Of a DNA stretch of 64,000 nucleotides, positions 9,106 through 18,193 are shown piece by piece. This stretch comes from a virus. The stretch covers positions 1 through 64,000 of the IMG/VR virus record IMGVR_UViG_3300007177_000055; one strand, 5' to 3'. The translations under genes were made by a program, and so were the position numbers. Under the pieces are notes generated by a model that saw only the letters and a list, made by a program, of their open reading frames with translations, had not been told where the DNA came from and did not search any database. Position 1 is the stretch's first letter. Every line of letters starts with the position of its first letter.

Positions 9106-11100
9106 ATGACTACCACTGCGCTCAAAGCTTCTGCTGTTGCAGTAAAAGACCCCTTTGTAGTTTTTGCTGAAGCAATTCAAACTAACTTCAATCGACTCAG
9201 TCGAGGAGAACTGTACGTAGTAGACTCCCCCGAACTTTGGGACATCTACCTTGCAGCTTTTCCTCCAGGCACTAACGAAAACTTCCGTACCAAAGCCAGT
9301 CACGATTGCCGTTATTGTAGGCAGTTTGTAAGAGGTCTGGGGAACGTAGTAAGCATCCAAAACAATCAATTGGTAAGCATTTGGGATTGCTCTGGTTTAC
9401 CAGAACCTTACGCCACAGTTGCCGCTGCACTATCCGCTGCGGTAAAGAACTGCAGCATAAACTCAGTTTTTCGGTCTGTAGAACCTAGTTACGGCAGGCT
9501 ACCCAACGTAGATGCCCACGACCCACGAATTACTTGGTCTCACCTTTACGCTAAAGTAGCTTCTCGACACGCAGGTGATGCAGCTGAACGAGCTTACGTA
9601 AACGACTCTCAAACGTCTTTACAAAAAGGCTTGGAAGAGTTCAGCATTGATAACCTCACAGAAGTTATTGACACAATCGAGGACTGCAATGGTATCTACC
9701 GGGGTCAAGAATTCCTGGGCAAGCTCAAAGAATACCGCACGTTAGCCCAAGCTTACCTAAGCGCTCCTAATAAAGCGCTATTTAGTTGGGAAAACGCAGG
9801 CTCCAAAGTGGCTAGGTTGCGCGGCGAAGTAATCGGTACGCTGTTGTCTGATCTAGCCGCAGGTAAGTCACTCGACGAGGCCGAGCGTGCGTTTGGTTAT
9901 AAAATGGACCCACGTAACTACAAACGTAGTGCTACTTTAATTACACCTCGTCAAATTGACTCAGCTCTAGCTACCCTTCGAGCGCTAGATTTAGAGTCTG
10001 CATTGGAGCGTCGTTACGCTCGATTGGGCGACATTTCAGTCAATGACGTCCGTTGGGTCAACAACGACGCTTCTGAAAAAATGCAGGACCCGTTGCGAGC
10101 TTTGTTGCTCGGCCAAGTCAAAAAACCCGTCACAGTTACAGCCAATTCCACGTTAAACATCGAAGAACTACTAGCTCTACGGCCCGCTAAACTGGAAGTG
10201 TTACTCAAACCAGAGCACTTCTCACGTTTTGTGAGTTTAACAGCAGCAGTACATCCAGAAGTTAACCCGTTGTTTAAGTGGGATAACCACTTTGGTTGGT
10301 CCTATGATGGCAACGTCACGGACTCTATCAAAGAACGTGTAGCCAAAGCCGGCGGCAACGTACTAGCTAGGCTTAGGTGTTCATTGGGTTGGTACAACAC
10401 TGACGACCTAGACATTCATTGCTACGGTCCTCAAGGGCATATTTACTACGCTCGGCGTGAAGGCATACTTGACGTAGACATGAACTGTCCCGGTACAGTA
10501 CCAGTACGTAACGCAGTAGAAAACCTGAGTTGGCAAAACTTAACTGACGGTACGTATGAAATTCACATACGTAACTTCTCTAAACGCGAGTCTACAGACG
10601 TAGGCTTCGAGCTACAAGTAGAGTTTGAAGGTAACATAACAAACTATGCTTACCCTAAAGCGCTGCTTCACCAAACAGAAGTTCCAGTCCTTACCTTAAC
10701 GGTTAAAGGCAAAAAGTTGGTTAACGTCACTACTCACGACGGAGTAGTAGCAGGTGAGCAACTAGTAATAGAAAAGTGGGGTGTAAAAACCAACACTCCT
10801 ACCCCAGTAGACACGGTGATGTGTTCTCCTAACCACTGGGAAAACTCCACTAAAACGGGTAACCAACACTGGTTCTTCTTCTTGAAGGACTGTGTTAACC
10901 CAGAACCCACGCGGGGGATCTACAATGAATTCCTACGCAGCGACCTAGAACCACACCGCAGGGTGTTTGAAGTCCTAGGTAGCAGAACCAAGTGCCCCTA
11001 CTCCGAAAACCAACTTTCGGGTATTGGGTTTTCGACCACACAAAAAGCCAGCATCCAAGTGCTGGTTGATTCACGTCCTTACGAACTCCAATTCTCATGA
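9106..11100 (+). CDS. conserved large-phage protein with DLDIH/LDVDMN (YfaP-like) motif
   Basis: HDCRYCRQF, LGWYNTDDLDIH, LDVDMN..AVEN, RGIYNEFL..L..HRRVFE..QLSGIGFS. Confidence 0.8.
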   Translation: MTTTALKASAVAVKDPFVVFAEAIQTNFNRLSRGELYVVDSPELWDIYLAAFPPGTNENFRTKASHDCRYCRQFVRGLGNVVSIQNNQLVSIWDCSGLPEPYATVAAALSAAVKNCSINSVFRSVEPSYGRLPNVDAHDPRITWSHLYAKVASRHAGDAAERAYVNDSQTSLQKGLEEFSIDNLTEVIDTIEDCNGIYRGQEFLGKLKEYRTLAQAYLSAPNKALFSWENAGSKVARLRGEVIGTLLSDLAAGKSLDEAERAFGYKMDPRNYKRSATLITPRQIDSALATLRALDLESALERRYARLGDISVNDVRWVNNDASEKMQDPLRALLLGQVKKPVTVTANSTLNIEELLALRPAKLEVLLKPEHFSRFVSLTAAVHPEVNPLFKWDNHFGWSYDGNVTDSIKERVAKAGGNVLARLRCSLGWYNTDDLDIHCYGPQGHIYYARREGILDVDMNCPGTVPVRNAVENLSWQNLTDGTYEIHIRNFSKRESTDVGFELQVEFEGNITNYAYPKALLHQTEVPVLTLTVKGKKLVNVTTHDGVVAGEQLVIEKWGVKTNTPTPVDTVMCSPNHWENSTKTGNQHWFFFLKDCVNPEPTRGIYNEFLRSDLEPHRRVFEVLGSRTKCPYSENQLSGIGFSTTQKASIQVLVDSRPYELQFS

Positions 11101-11528
11101 CCGCTGAACTCTTCCTTAAAGCCTCCCGCAAGGCCTGGCGCTTTGATTCGCCTCAAGGCCAACTCAACACAGAACAACTGTGGGATTTGCAGCTAACTTC
11201 AACAGTTAGCACCAAGGCAACGCTTAACAACGTTGCCGTTGCCATCAACAACCAAATTCAGAGTCTGACACAAAACTCATTTGTAGACTCCAGCAATGAC
11301 TCAGTAACTACTGAACTCACAGAAAAACTGGATTTGGTGAAATACATCATTTCTGTCAAGAAAACAGAAGCCAGAGCCGCCGCAGATCGAGTGGCCCTAC
11401 GTCAACAACTTACCAAACTTAAGGCAATTGATGCCGAAGCCCAAGACGAAGCTCTCAAGAAGATGACTCCTGCTCAACGAGCAGCTGAGCTGGCTGCCCT
11501 GGAAGCTCAACTAGCTGCAATTGAGTGA
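11097..11528 (+). CDS. conserved coiled-coil partner protein
   Basis: FLKASR..RFDSPQGQLNTEQLWDLQL; ATGA-coupled to the upstream gene. Confidence 0.8.
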   Translation: MTAELFLKASRKAWRFDSPQGQLNTEQLWDLQLTSTVSTKATLNNVAVAINNQIQSLTQNSFVDSSNDSVTTELTEKLDLVKYIISVKKTEARAAADRVALRQQLTKLKAIDAEAQDEALKKMTPAQRAAELAALEAQLAAIE

Positions 11529-11532
11529 TCAA

Positions 11533-11556
11533 AAGGGGTGGGTAATACCCACCCTT
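11533..11556 (+). terminator. intrinsic terminator-like hairpin
   Basis: AAGGGGTGGGT-AAT-ACCCACCCTT directly after the stop codon. Confidence 0.6.
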
Positions 11557-11580
11557 GCCTTCCACTACAGTTAAACCCAA

Positions 11581-11787
11581 ATGTTAGTCCAAGCAGGAGA
11601 CACAGTTACAGTCACTGGTAACAGTAGTTTTTGCAGCACTTATACAACAAAAGTAGAGGAATTGTTAACTCGTTACGACAAAATAACAGGTAAACCTTAC
11701 CAAGTGATAGTCACTAAAGAGCAGAAGTTTGATTCTCGTACAGGTTATGCCATAGATAATCTGCATTACTACTTAGCTAACTGGTAA
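11581..11787 (+). CDS. hypothetical protein
   Basis: ATG ORF in the co-oriented gene array. Confidence 0.55.
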   Translation: MLVQAGDTVTVTGNSSFCSTYTTKVEELLTRYDKITGKPYQVIVTKEQKFDSRTGYAIDNLHYYLANW

Positions 11788-11806
11788 CTCTTAAACAACC
11801 AAAACC

Positions 11807-12028
11807 ATGGCCTTACACGACACCACTTATCTTTGGGGCGTATCAGACACACTACAAACTTTAGGTATAAAGGGTAAACAAATCGAAAACCTTAGTTGGA
11901 TAAAAAGGTTAAATTCTACCAACATTAACGCAGGTGCTTATGAAAAGCTACCTTCTCCAGAAGAAGCCAGCGAGATGCAAGAAGCTGTACTAAAAGTTAA
12001 CCCTAAGCCTACCATAGCTAATGACTAA
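11807..12028 (+). CDS. hypothetical protein
   Basis: ATG ORF overlapping the next gene. Confidence 0.5.
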   Translation: MALHDTTYLWGVSDTLQTLGIKGKQIENLSWIKRLNSTNINAGAYEKLPSPEEASEMQEAVLKVNPKPTIAND

Positions 12029-12329
12029 AAAACCACCTAAAAAACTAGTTACTCGATACCAATACATAGACTTAAACGATAATATTGATGAATTACTAAT
12101 TAAGTTACAAAAAGCAAAGGCTGAAGGTTGGGAGGCTAACGAGCTTTGTGTTGGTGATGAAAGTTGGAGTGATACTAGGTACAACTATCTCATTAAACAA
12201 GAACTAGAAACAGACAAAGAATACGCTACACGTATTGCCGAAGAAAAACAGCAAGAGCAACAAACATTTGAACGCGAACGTAAGGAGTTTGAGCGACTTA
12301 GCAAAAAGTTTAGTAAGGGAAGCACCTAA
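12021..12329 (+). CDS. hypothetical protein (ETD.EY..R family)
   Basis: ELETDKEYATR..ERKEFERLSKKF. Confidence 0.7.
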   Translation: MTKKPPKKLVTRYQYIDLNDNIDELLIKLQKAKAEGWEANELCVGDESWSDTRYNYLIKQELETDKEYATRIAEEKQQEQQTFERERKEFERLSKKFSKGST

Positions 12330-12330
12330 A

Positions 12331-12792
12331 ATGTCTTTTTCAGATCCCTTAGATTACTTACCTGAGTCCCTAAAGGCAGAATATCAACTTGTCTTGACAA
12401 GATGCCTAAAGTTTAACACAAAGCGAGACTACCTTCTTGCCACAAACCGATGGAAAAGAATATACTCACTTCACAGCAAAGCCCGTCGGGACTACAAAAC
12501 TAGCTTTAAAAGGCTAAAAACTAGCCAGTTAGCCCTAGCTAACCTAATGCCAGGAAAAACTTTCAGCAGTTGGCCTTTAGAATTACGACTAGCTTATATT
12601 GCCCTATATCCTTTTAGTTATAAAGCTAAGTATCGCAACCCCAAATATGCTCAAGCTTTGTTGCATATACGGAGACTAATGAAACGTAAGGCTCGTTTAG
12701 AAAGCGAAAGAGAATACTTGAGAGAATACTTGAAACTAAACAACAAAGCAGAGCAACAAGCAAGACAATTAAAGATAAAACCACCGAGATGA
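12331..12792 (+). CDS. basic hypothetical protein (FN.R..YL..W family)
   Basis: FNTKRDYLLATNRWKRIYSLHS; ATG at 12331 preferred over the ORF-track start. Confidence 0.65.
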   Translation: MSFSDPLDYLPESLKAEYQLVLTRCLKFNTKRDYLLATNRWKRIYSLHSKARRDYKTSFKRLKTSQLALANLMPGKTFSSWPLELRLAYIALYPFSYKAKYRNPKYAQALLHIRRLMKRKARLESEREYLREYLKLNNKAEQQARQLKIKPPR

Positions 12793-13298
12793 ACAAAGTC
12801 TTGAAGTGTAATATCAACTTGGAGTACTACTTAGACTTCAACTCCCGAGAAACTTACTTAGCAAAAGTGGCTGTTTGGAAGCACTCGTACAAACGCCGAG
12901 TGCGTTTAGTGCAACTGGAAAAGCGCCAAGCTAGAGCAACTGCCCACCAGCGTAACGAGGTGTTCAGCTTGTTTCAAACCAGCAACTTTTACTACAAAGA
13001 ATGGTATCGGTGGCCTACATGGGCTGTAGCAGCTTTAAAGGCTGGCTTAAAAGAAATAGCCGACCGAGAAACTGAATCTAACAGACAGCAAGCTTTGCTA
13101 CTTGGCGACTTAACCCTAACAAATACCAGTGTAGAGAAATTAGTATCAATACGACAGCTCATGAAAGCTAAATCTCAGTACCTATGGACCCTATCTCACC
13201 CACGTAAAACTCAACCACCATGTCCTACTCAACTCTCACTACACCAAACGGCACCTGCGCTGCAGCTACAGGCCCGCCGCCGGCTGGGATGGTACTAA
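12789..13298 (+). CDS. basic hypothetical protein (FN.R..YL..W family)
   Basis: FNSRETYLAKVAVWKHSY..IRQLMKAKS. Confidence 0.65.
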   Translation: MNKVLKCNINLEYYLDFNSRETYLAKVAVWKHSYKRRVRLVQLEKRQARATAHQRNEVFSLFQTSNFYYKEWYRWPTWAVAALKAGLKEIADRETESNRQQALLLGDLTLTNTSVEKLVSIRQLMKAKSQYLWTLSHPRKTQPPCPTQLSLHQTAPALQLQARRRLGWY

Positions 13299-13501
13299 CC
13301 GTACGTAGAGCTTTTCGTACTCTTGCCGGCTACGATTACTTACCGGGTGACCAGCTTGTTCTACTAAACAAAACTTACACTGGTCAGTACGGTTGGCTAC
13401 ACTCACAAGGTAATTGGATAGTTAGAGATCGGCACTGGACTTCCGAGTGGTCTTGTTTGCCAGACTCTATAGCAGACGGTATTTTGACCATTGAAGACTA
13501 A
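13220..13501 (+). CDS. hypothetical protein
   Basis: ATG ORF with typical composition. Confidence 0.55.
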   Translation: MSYSTLTTPNGTCAAATGPPPAGMVLTVRRAFRTLAGYDYLPGDQLVLLNKTYTGQYGWLHSQGNWIVRDRHWTSEWSCLPDSIADGILTIED

Positions 13502-13722
13502 ACTTTTTAAAACTCTACTACCTTCAAGTTAAACTCATGGCTCACTCTGCTATCCGCACTAACCCCGTTATTTTGCTTGAACTTTCTCCAGAAGAAGCCC
13601 TTTGGCTTAAGAGCAAAAATGCAAAACCCTATTAGATGTTTTGATACACCTGAAAGTGATAAGGATCACAGAATTCGTTGCGCAATCTTTGAAGCACTAC
13701 CTGCCATTAACGAAATTACCCC

Positions 13723-14121
13723 ATGAGCACTCTAAAACTCAAGCCTGAAATCAAAGAAATTTGGTGTAATGCATTGGAGTCTGGAGAATACCCCCAAAGT
13801 AAAGGTAGTCTCTACTCCTCACAGGGTTTCTGTTGTTTAGGGGTCTTAGGAGACCTAGCAGTTAAAGCCGGTGTAGCTAAATGGAAGACTGTTAGGGAAA
13901 ATGAACCTAAACGACTAGTAACCAATAGCGGAGCTAGCCCAGGATATCTAGTATCAGAAGTAATAGAGTGGGCCTGCGTACCCAAAGATTGGGACGAATG
14001 CGACGGGTGCTTTTATCTGCCTGACTCCCATCCTGCAAAACCGTATCGAAGTCTTCCTGAAGCCAATGATATGGGTTTAAGTTTTACCGAAATAGCTAAA
14101 CTTATTCAAAAGCACTTTTAA
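13723..14121 (+). CDS. hypothetical protein (ALESGEYPQ..GFCCLGV family)
   Basis: Clear paralogue of 15109..15525. Confidence 0.8.
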   Translation: MSTLKLKPEIKEIWCNALESGEYPQSKGSLYSSQGFCCLGVLGDLAVKAGVAKWKTVRENEPKRLVTNSGASPGYLVSEVIEWACVPKDWDECDGCFYLPDSHPAKPYRSLPEANDMGLSFTEIAKLIQKHF

Positions 14122-14122
14122 G

Positions 14123-14321
14123 ACTAGGCAGCCTTTCCGGTTGTGGCGGAAGTTTTCTTCCTTTGGTATTATTGTAAAGCCGCTCGGACCATGTGGTGTG
14201 GCGTTCTGCAACCGCCTACAGTAATACCTGTAACTAAGGACCCATCGAGGTCAGTTGTTGGTGCCGACCTTTTCGTTGGGTGAAAGGACAACTGCAAAGA
14301 AAACCCGGCGTAAGTCCTAGC
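14123..14321 (+). ncRNA. candidate ~200-nt structured RNA with pseudoknots
   Basis: Nested helices CTAGG/CCTAG, CCGG/CCGG, GTTTTCTT/AAGAAAAC, GGTATTATTGTA/TACAGTAATACC, ACCCATCGA/TCGTTGGGT, AGGTC/GACCT. No ORF; followed by a terminator. Confidence 0.65.
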
Positions 14322-14323
14322 TC

Positions 14324-14349
14324 AGGCCTCGCAAGAGGCCTTTATTATT
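14324..14349 (+). terminator. intrinsic terminator
   Basis: AGGCCTC-GCAA-GAGGCCT followed by a T-rich tail. Confidence 0.75.
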
Positions 14350-14353
14350 CTTC

Positions 14354-14940
14354 ATGAGACTAACAGATCTTTACCAAGCTTGCAGGGACCACGTTAAAGT
14401 TTTTCCTAAAGGAAACTTAGTGTTAGGTCTTGAGCCTAGCCGTAAAAAAGCGAATACCGTAGATTCCTTAACGGACCACGAGGCGTAGTAATATTCCGCA
14501 CCAAGACACAAGACTTTGTATCTTTTAAGACACAAGCAGTACTACTGCACTGTGAGAAAAAACTTCAAGCTGTGACTAGTTGTGGCATAAACCCCTGCGG
14601 ACCTAGCTTTGATTTAGGCGTACAGTTAATAAACCGAGACTTACTAAAACAAAGTAAAGCAAAAACACAAGACCAACTTATGGATAACTTAGTAAGTCCA
14701 GCAGAACTAGACTCGAACGTAAAGACACTACTTGAGTCTGGGCCTTTTAGTGCTTTGGATTTAGCTAACCTCATTTGGGGTAGCGCTTACTTAACTCCCC
14801 AAGAAATTCCTTCAGAACTAAACTCAGCGTGGGACTCAATACGAGCTCAACTCATAGCTAGAGTTCGAAGGCGTCTTTTAGTTTTAACGGACTCGCTTTA
14901 CTATGCTCCGCTAAACCCACATGAGCCGCCGCACTTATGA
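14354..14940 (+). pseudogene. hypothetical gene(s) with an A-run frameshift near 14445
   Basis: MRLTDLYQAC..PSRKK joins SEYRRFLNGPRG.. and the 14572..14940 frame if one A is added; it may be two genes. Confidence 0.45.
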
Positions 14941-15112
14941 ACCCGAACACCGTAAGGTGTGGCAAGATCCAGTTAGAGACATCTGCCAAGTTATTGACAC
15001 ACACGTAGCTGAACACCTACGCACAGGTAATAGCTGGCACGAGACACAAGCTGAATACCTTAGGGTTTATCTACGCAACTTAAAAGACCACCTTTCTTCA
15101 ACTGAACCATGA
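14921..15112 (+). CDS. small cyanophage-type hypothetical protein
   Basis: W..PV..I...ID.H......TG..WH..QA..LR.Y...LK pattern. Confidence 0.7.
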   Translation: MSRRTYEPEHRKVWQDPVRDICQVIDTHVAEHLRTGNSWHETQAEYLRVYLRNLKDHLSSTEP

Positions 15113-15525
15113 GTTCTCCATTAGGCAAACTTAAACCTGAAATCAAAGCACGCTGGCAAGCAAAATTAGAATCCGGTGAGTACCCACAAGATAAACATCA
15201 GCTAAGATCGCCGAGAGGATTTTGTTGCTTGGGGGTACTAGGAGACTTAGCTGTAGAGGATGGCTTAGCTAGCTGGGATAAAAACGTTTTAGTAGTAAAA
15301 AGTACTGGTCAAAGGGAACCTAGCTCCTTTCCTGTAAGCCTATTAGAATGGGCTTTTGGAGCAGTGCCTGACCAGGCAGTTCTTGAAGGGCGGCGCACAA
15401 CTAACTTTCCGTTTGAAGCGCGGGGCACAACTGACTTTCCGTTTGATCTTTGTTTAACAGAACAGAATGATTCAGCAGGCCTTACTTTTCCTGAGATTTC
15501 CAAACTGATCAAAGAACACTTCTAA
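15109..15525 (+). CDS. hypothetical protein (LESGEYPQ..GFCCLGV family)
   Basis: Paralogue of 13723..14121. Confidence 0.8.
   Translation: MSSPLGKLKPEIKARWQAKLESGEYPQDKHQLRSPRGFCCLGVLGDLAVEDGLASWDKNVLVVKSTGQREPSSFPVSLLEWAFGAVPDQAVLEGRRTTNFPFEARGTTDFPFDLCLTEQNDSAGLTFPEISKLIKEHF
15383..15446 (+). repeat. 30-bp in-frame tandem duplication
   Basis: CGGCGCACAACTAACTTTCCGTTTGAAGCG / CGGGGCACAACTGACTTTCCGTTTGA, encoding RRTTNFPFEA-RGTTDFPFD. Confidence 0.85.
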
Positions 15526-16382
15526 TGCTTAAAGTAACTTTCCAATACCCCGCTACGACAAACTTACTAGAAGAAAACTACGTCAACGTAAACGTACCAT
15601 TCAAAACTTGGGTTTATTCTGGCGGTGAGATACAAGTACGTTTGGTGGAATTACCTAAGCCGCCAGCTGCGGCTAGGTTGTTTGCATTGCTGTGTAACGC
15701 ACAAGACTTCATTGAACTCTTGATGCTAACCAACGCTATCAAAGAAGCCTGCCCTGGTACACCTATACACTTAAGGTGCCCTTACTTGCCAGGAGCTCGA
15801 CAAGACCGAGTTTGCAGTCCGGGTGACGCATTTGCACTTAAGGTTTACGCTCAACTGCTAAACACTCAAGAGTACGCCTCAGTTGAAGTACTAGATCCGC
15901 ATTCAAACGTAGCTCTAGAACTAGTAGACCGAATCTACCCACTAGACGCTGCTGAGTTAGCCGCCAACGTGCTAAAGAACACCGTTGCAGGTCAAAACGC
16001 AGTACCAGACTGGTCAAAAGCTTGGTTAATACAGCCTGATCACGGTGCTGCTGCAAGAATTGCAGCTCTAGCTGATCTATTAAGCATCCCGGTAATCGCA
16101 ACAGGTGTAAAGATAAGAGACTTAACTACTGGAGAAATTACAGGAATTAAAGTCCAAAAACTCCTTTCTGATTACCCTTTGTCAGAATGCAAGGACCACA
16201 CGCTAATTATCGCAGATGACATCTGCGATGGTGGTCGTACGTTTATTGAACTAGCAAAAGTACTCAGCCCTTACCAACCTAAAGCCATCGTGCTGTACGT
16301 ATCACACGGCATCTTTTCCAAAGGCCTAGGAGTCTTTGACGGTTACATAGATCACGTTCTGACACCCTATCATTTCCAATGA
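15525..16382 (+). CDS. prs: ribose-phosphate pyrophosphokinase-like protein (probable Adps of NARP1)
   Basis: YSGGEIQV, PYLPGARQDR, DPHS, PDHGA, IIADDICDGGRTF, SHGIFSKG. Confidence 0.9.
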   Translation: MLKVTFQYPATTNLLEENYVNVNVPFKTWVYSGGEIQVRLVELPKPPAAARLFALLCNAQDFIELLMLTNAIKEACPGTPIHLRCPYLPGARQDRVCSPGDAFALKVYAQLLNTQEYASVEVLDPHSNVALELVDRIYPLDAAELAANVLKNTVAGQNAVPDWSKAWLIQPDHGAAARIAALADLLSIPVIATGVKIRDLTTGEITGIKVQKLLSDYPLSECKDHTLIIADDICDGGRTFIELAKVLSPYQPKAIVLYVSHGIFSKGLGVFDGYIDHVLTPYHFQ

Positions 16383-18001
16383 CTGAAATTACTACTACCC
16401 AAAGCTTGCTACCCTTTCCTCTATTTGCAGTAGATGGCTACAAGCTTGGTCATGCAGACCAAGCTCCGCCTAATACTACAAGCCAGTACTTTAACTTAAC
16501 AGCACGCACCGACCGAATCGCTCGTAAAACAGGTACGGTACTACATGATTTTGACGGCAAAATAGTATGGGCAGGTAACAACCACCTAGCTAAGTGGTAC
16601 TTTAAAGCTTATTGGGATCAAGAGTTCTTTGCTAAGCCTAAAGATTGGGCCGTACAAAAGTTTCAAGAATCTTCTGATAAGTACCTAGGTGCTGGTGTAG
16701 TTTCAGCTAATAGGTGGGAAGAACTTCATTCGCTAGGTCACCTACCTTTGATAATAAAAGCTTTACCTGAAGGAACCCGAGTTCCTATAGGAGTAACGCC
16801 GCTTACCATTAAAGAAAGCAAACCGCAGTTTTACTGGCTTCCTGGTTACGTAGAAACCGCTTTGTCCAGTGAACTGTGGGGTACTTCAACTGTAGCTACA
16901 ATCGCTTTTGAATACCTGAGGCTGCTAACTCACTACGCAGAAATCACAGGTTCACCTAAAGAATTCGTACCTTTACAAGGTCACGACTTTTCAGCTCGGG
17001 GTCTCAAAGGTATTTGTGATGCTGCACACACTCAAGTAGGACACTTGTTTTCGTTTATTGGTACTGACACAGTTTCAGCCATTGAACACGTTCAAAAGTA
17101 CTACGCCCCAGTAGATCCAGACCACTGCATTGGTGTTTCAGTTCCAGCAACAGAACATTCTCAAGCGTGTTTAAATATCAAATGGGAATCGTCTAAGCTA
17201 GACTCTAATCTCAATCTAGACGACCGGTTGCTGTTAGCTGAAACTGCTTTCCTAAAACGCTTGCTCACCGAGGTATATCCCAGTGGGATCTTCAGCTACG
17301 TCACTGACACTTATGACTACTGGGGTGTATTAACTAAAGTACTGCCGTCACTAAAGAAAACCATCCTTAATCGGTTACCTAACGCTTTAGGTTTAGCTAA
17401 GTTAGTCATTCGTCCGGACTCCGGCAACCCAGTACTAATAGTATGCGGTGACCCAAACGCAGAACCTGGCAGCCTACAACACAAAGGTTCTCTGCAAGTG
17501 TTGTGGGAAATCTTTGGGGGTACTACTACCAAAGTAGGTGACAAAGAGTTCAAAGTTTTAAACCCTAAGATTGGTTTGATTTACGGCGATGGTATTCACC
17601 CTACTAGAGCCGCTGAAATCTTACGTCGGATGTACCTTGCTGGCTGGGCTTCTTCAAATGTTGTGTTTGGTATCGGATCATTCACTTACCAGTACCACAC
17701 ACGAGATGACTTTGGTTGGGCTATGAAATCAACTTGGGGTGAAGTTGACGGTGTTGGTTTAGAGCTCTACAAAGACCCTAAAACTGACGACGGTACTAAG
17801 CGATCAGCTCGCGGACTCTTGCGAGTTGAACAAGAAAACGGTACCTATGTTCAATACCAATCCCAAACTAAAGAACAAGAAGCTCAAGGGGCTCTCCAGC
17901 CTATCTTTATTGACTCAATCGTCTACTCTGACGAACACATTGATGAGATCCGCTCACGTTTAGTTTCTGCAGTTTACTGGAACGGTCCGCCTACCCCCTA
18001 A
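16379..18001 (+). CDS. nadV: nicotinamide phosphoribosyltransferase-like protein (probable Namat of NARP1)
   Basis: DGYKLGH, HDFSARG, SVPATEHS, DTYD, IRPDSGNP, IYGDGI, FGIGS, AMK..KDPKTDDGTKRSARG. Confidence 0.93.
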   Translation: MTEITTTQSLLPFPLFAVDGYKLGHADQAPPNTTSQYFNLTARTDRIARKTGTVLHDFDGKIVWAGNNHLAKWYFKAYWDQEFFAKPKDWAVQKFQESSDKYLGAGVVSANRWEELHSLGHLPLIIKALPEGTRVPIGVTPLTIKESKPQFYWLPGYVETALSSELWGTSTVATIAFEYLRLLTHYAEITGSPKEFVPLQGHDFSARGLKGICDAAHTQVGHLFSFIGTDTVSAIEHVQKYYAPVDPDHCIGVSVPATEHSQACLNIKWESSKLDSNLNLDDRLLLAETAFLKRLLTEVYPSGIFSYVTDTYDYWGVLTKVLPSLKKTILNRLPNALGLAKLVIRPDSGNPVLIVCGDPNAEPGSLQHKGSLQVLWEIFGGTTTKVGDKEFKVLNPKIGLIYGDGIHPTRAAEILRRMYLAGWASSNVVFGIGSFTYQYHTRDDFGWAMKSTWGEVDGVGLELYKDPKTDDGTKRSARGLLRVEQENGTYVQYQSQTKEQEAQGALQPIFIDSIVYSDEHIDEIRSRLVSAVYWNGPPTP

Positions 18002-18097
18002 GCCCCCGACACCCACACTGCTTGTACCTGGTACCCAGCAGTGTGGTCTTTAAATAGCATACCAGTAAAGTGAGGTCCTTTAAATTGGACCCTTTAA

Positions 18098-18182
18098 GGA
18101 GAGCTGGCCGAGTGGTTTATGGCAGTTGTTTTGAAAGCAACCGAAATGAAAGTTTCCCAAGGTTCGAATCCTTGGCTCTCCG
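18098..18182 (+). tRNA. tRNA-Ser(TGA)
   Basis: GGAGAGC/GCTCTCC acceptor, GTTGT/GCAAC stem with loop TTTGAAA, long variable arm, GGTTCGAATCC, G discriminator. Confidence 0.92.
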
Positions 18183-18193
18183 TTTTAGTTAAA

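Noticed and set aside
14123-14321. RNase P RNA or tmRNA identity for the ncRNA
   Set aside because: AAAACCCGGCGTA resembles the RNase P 3' conserved region, but there is no GAGGAAAGTCC partner, and no tRNA-like ends or tag ORF.
18119-18193. N-terminal extension of ORF 18119..18343
   Set aside because: It overlaps tRNA-Ser; the real start is probably ATG 18194.
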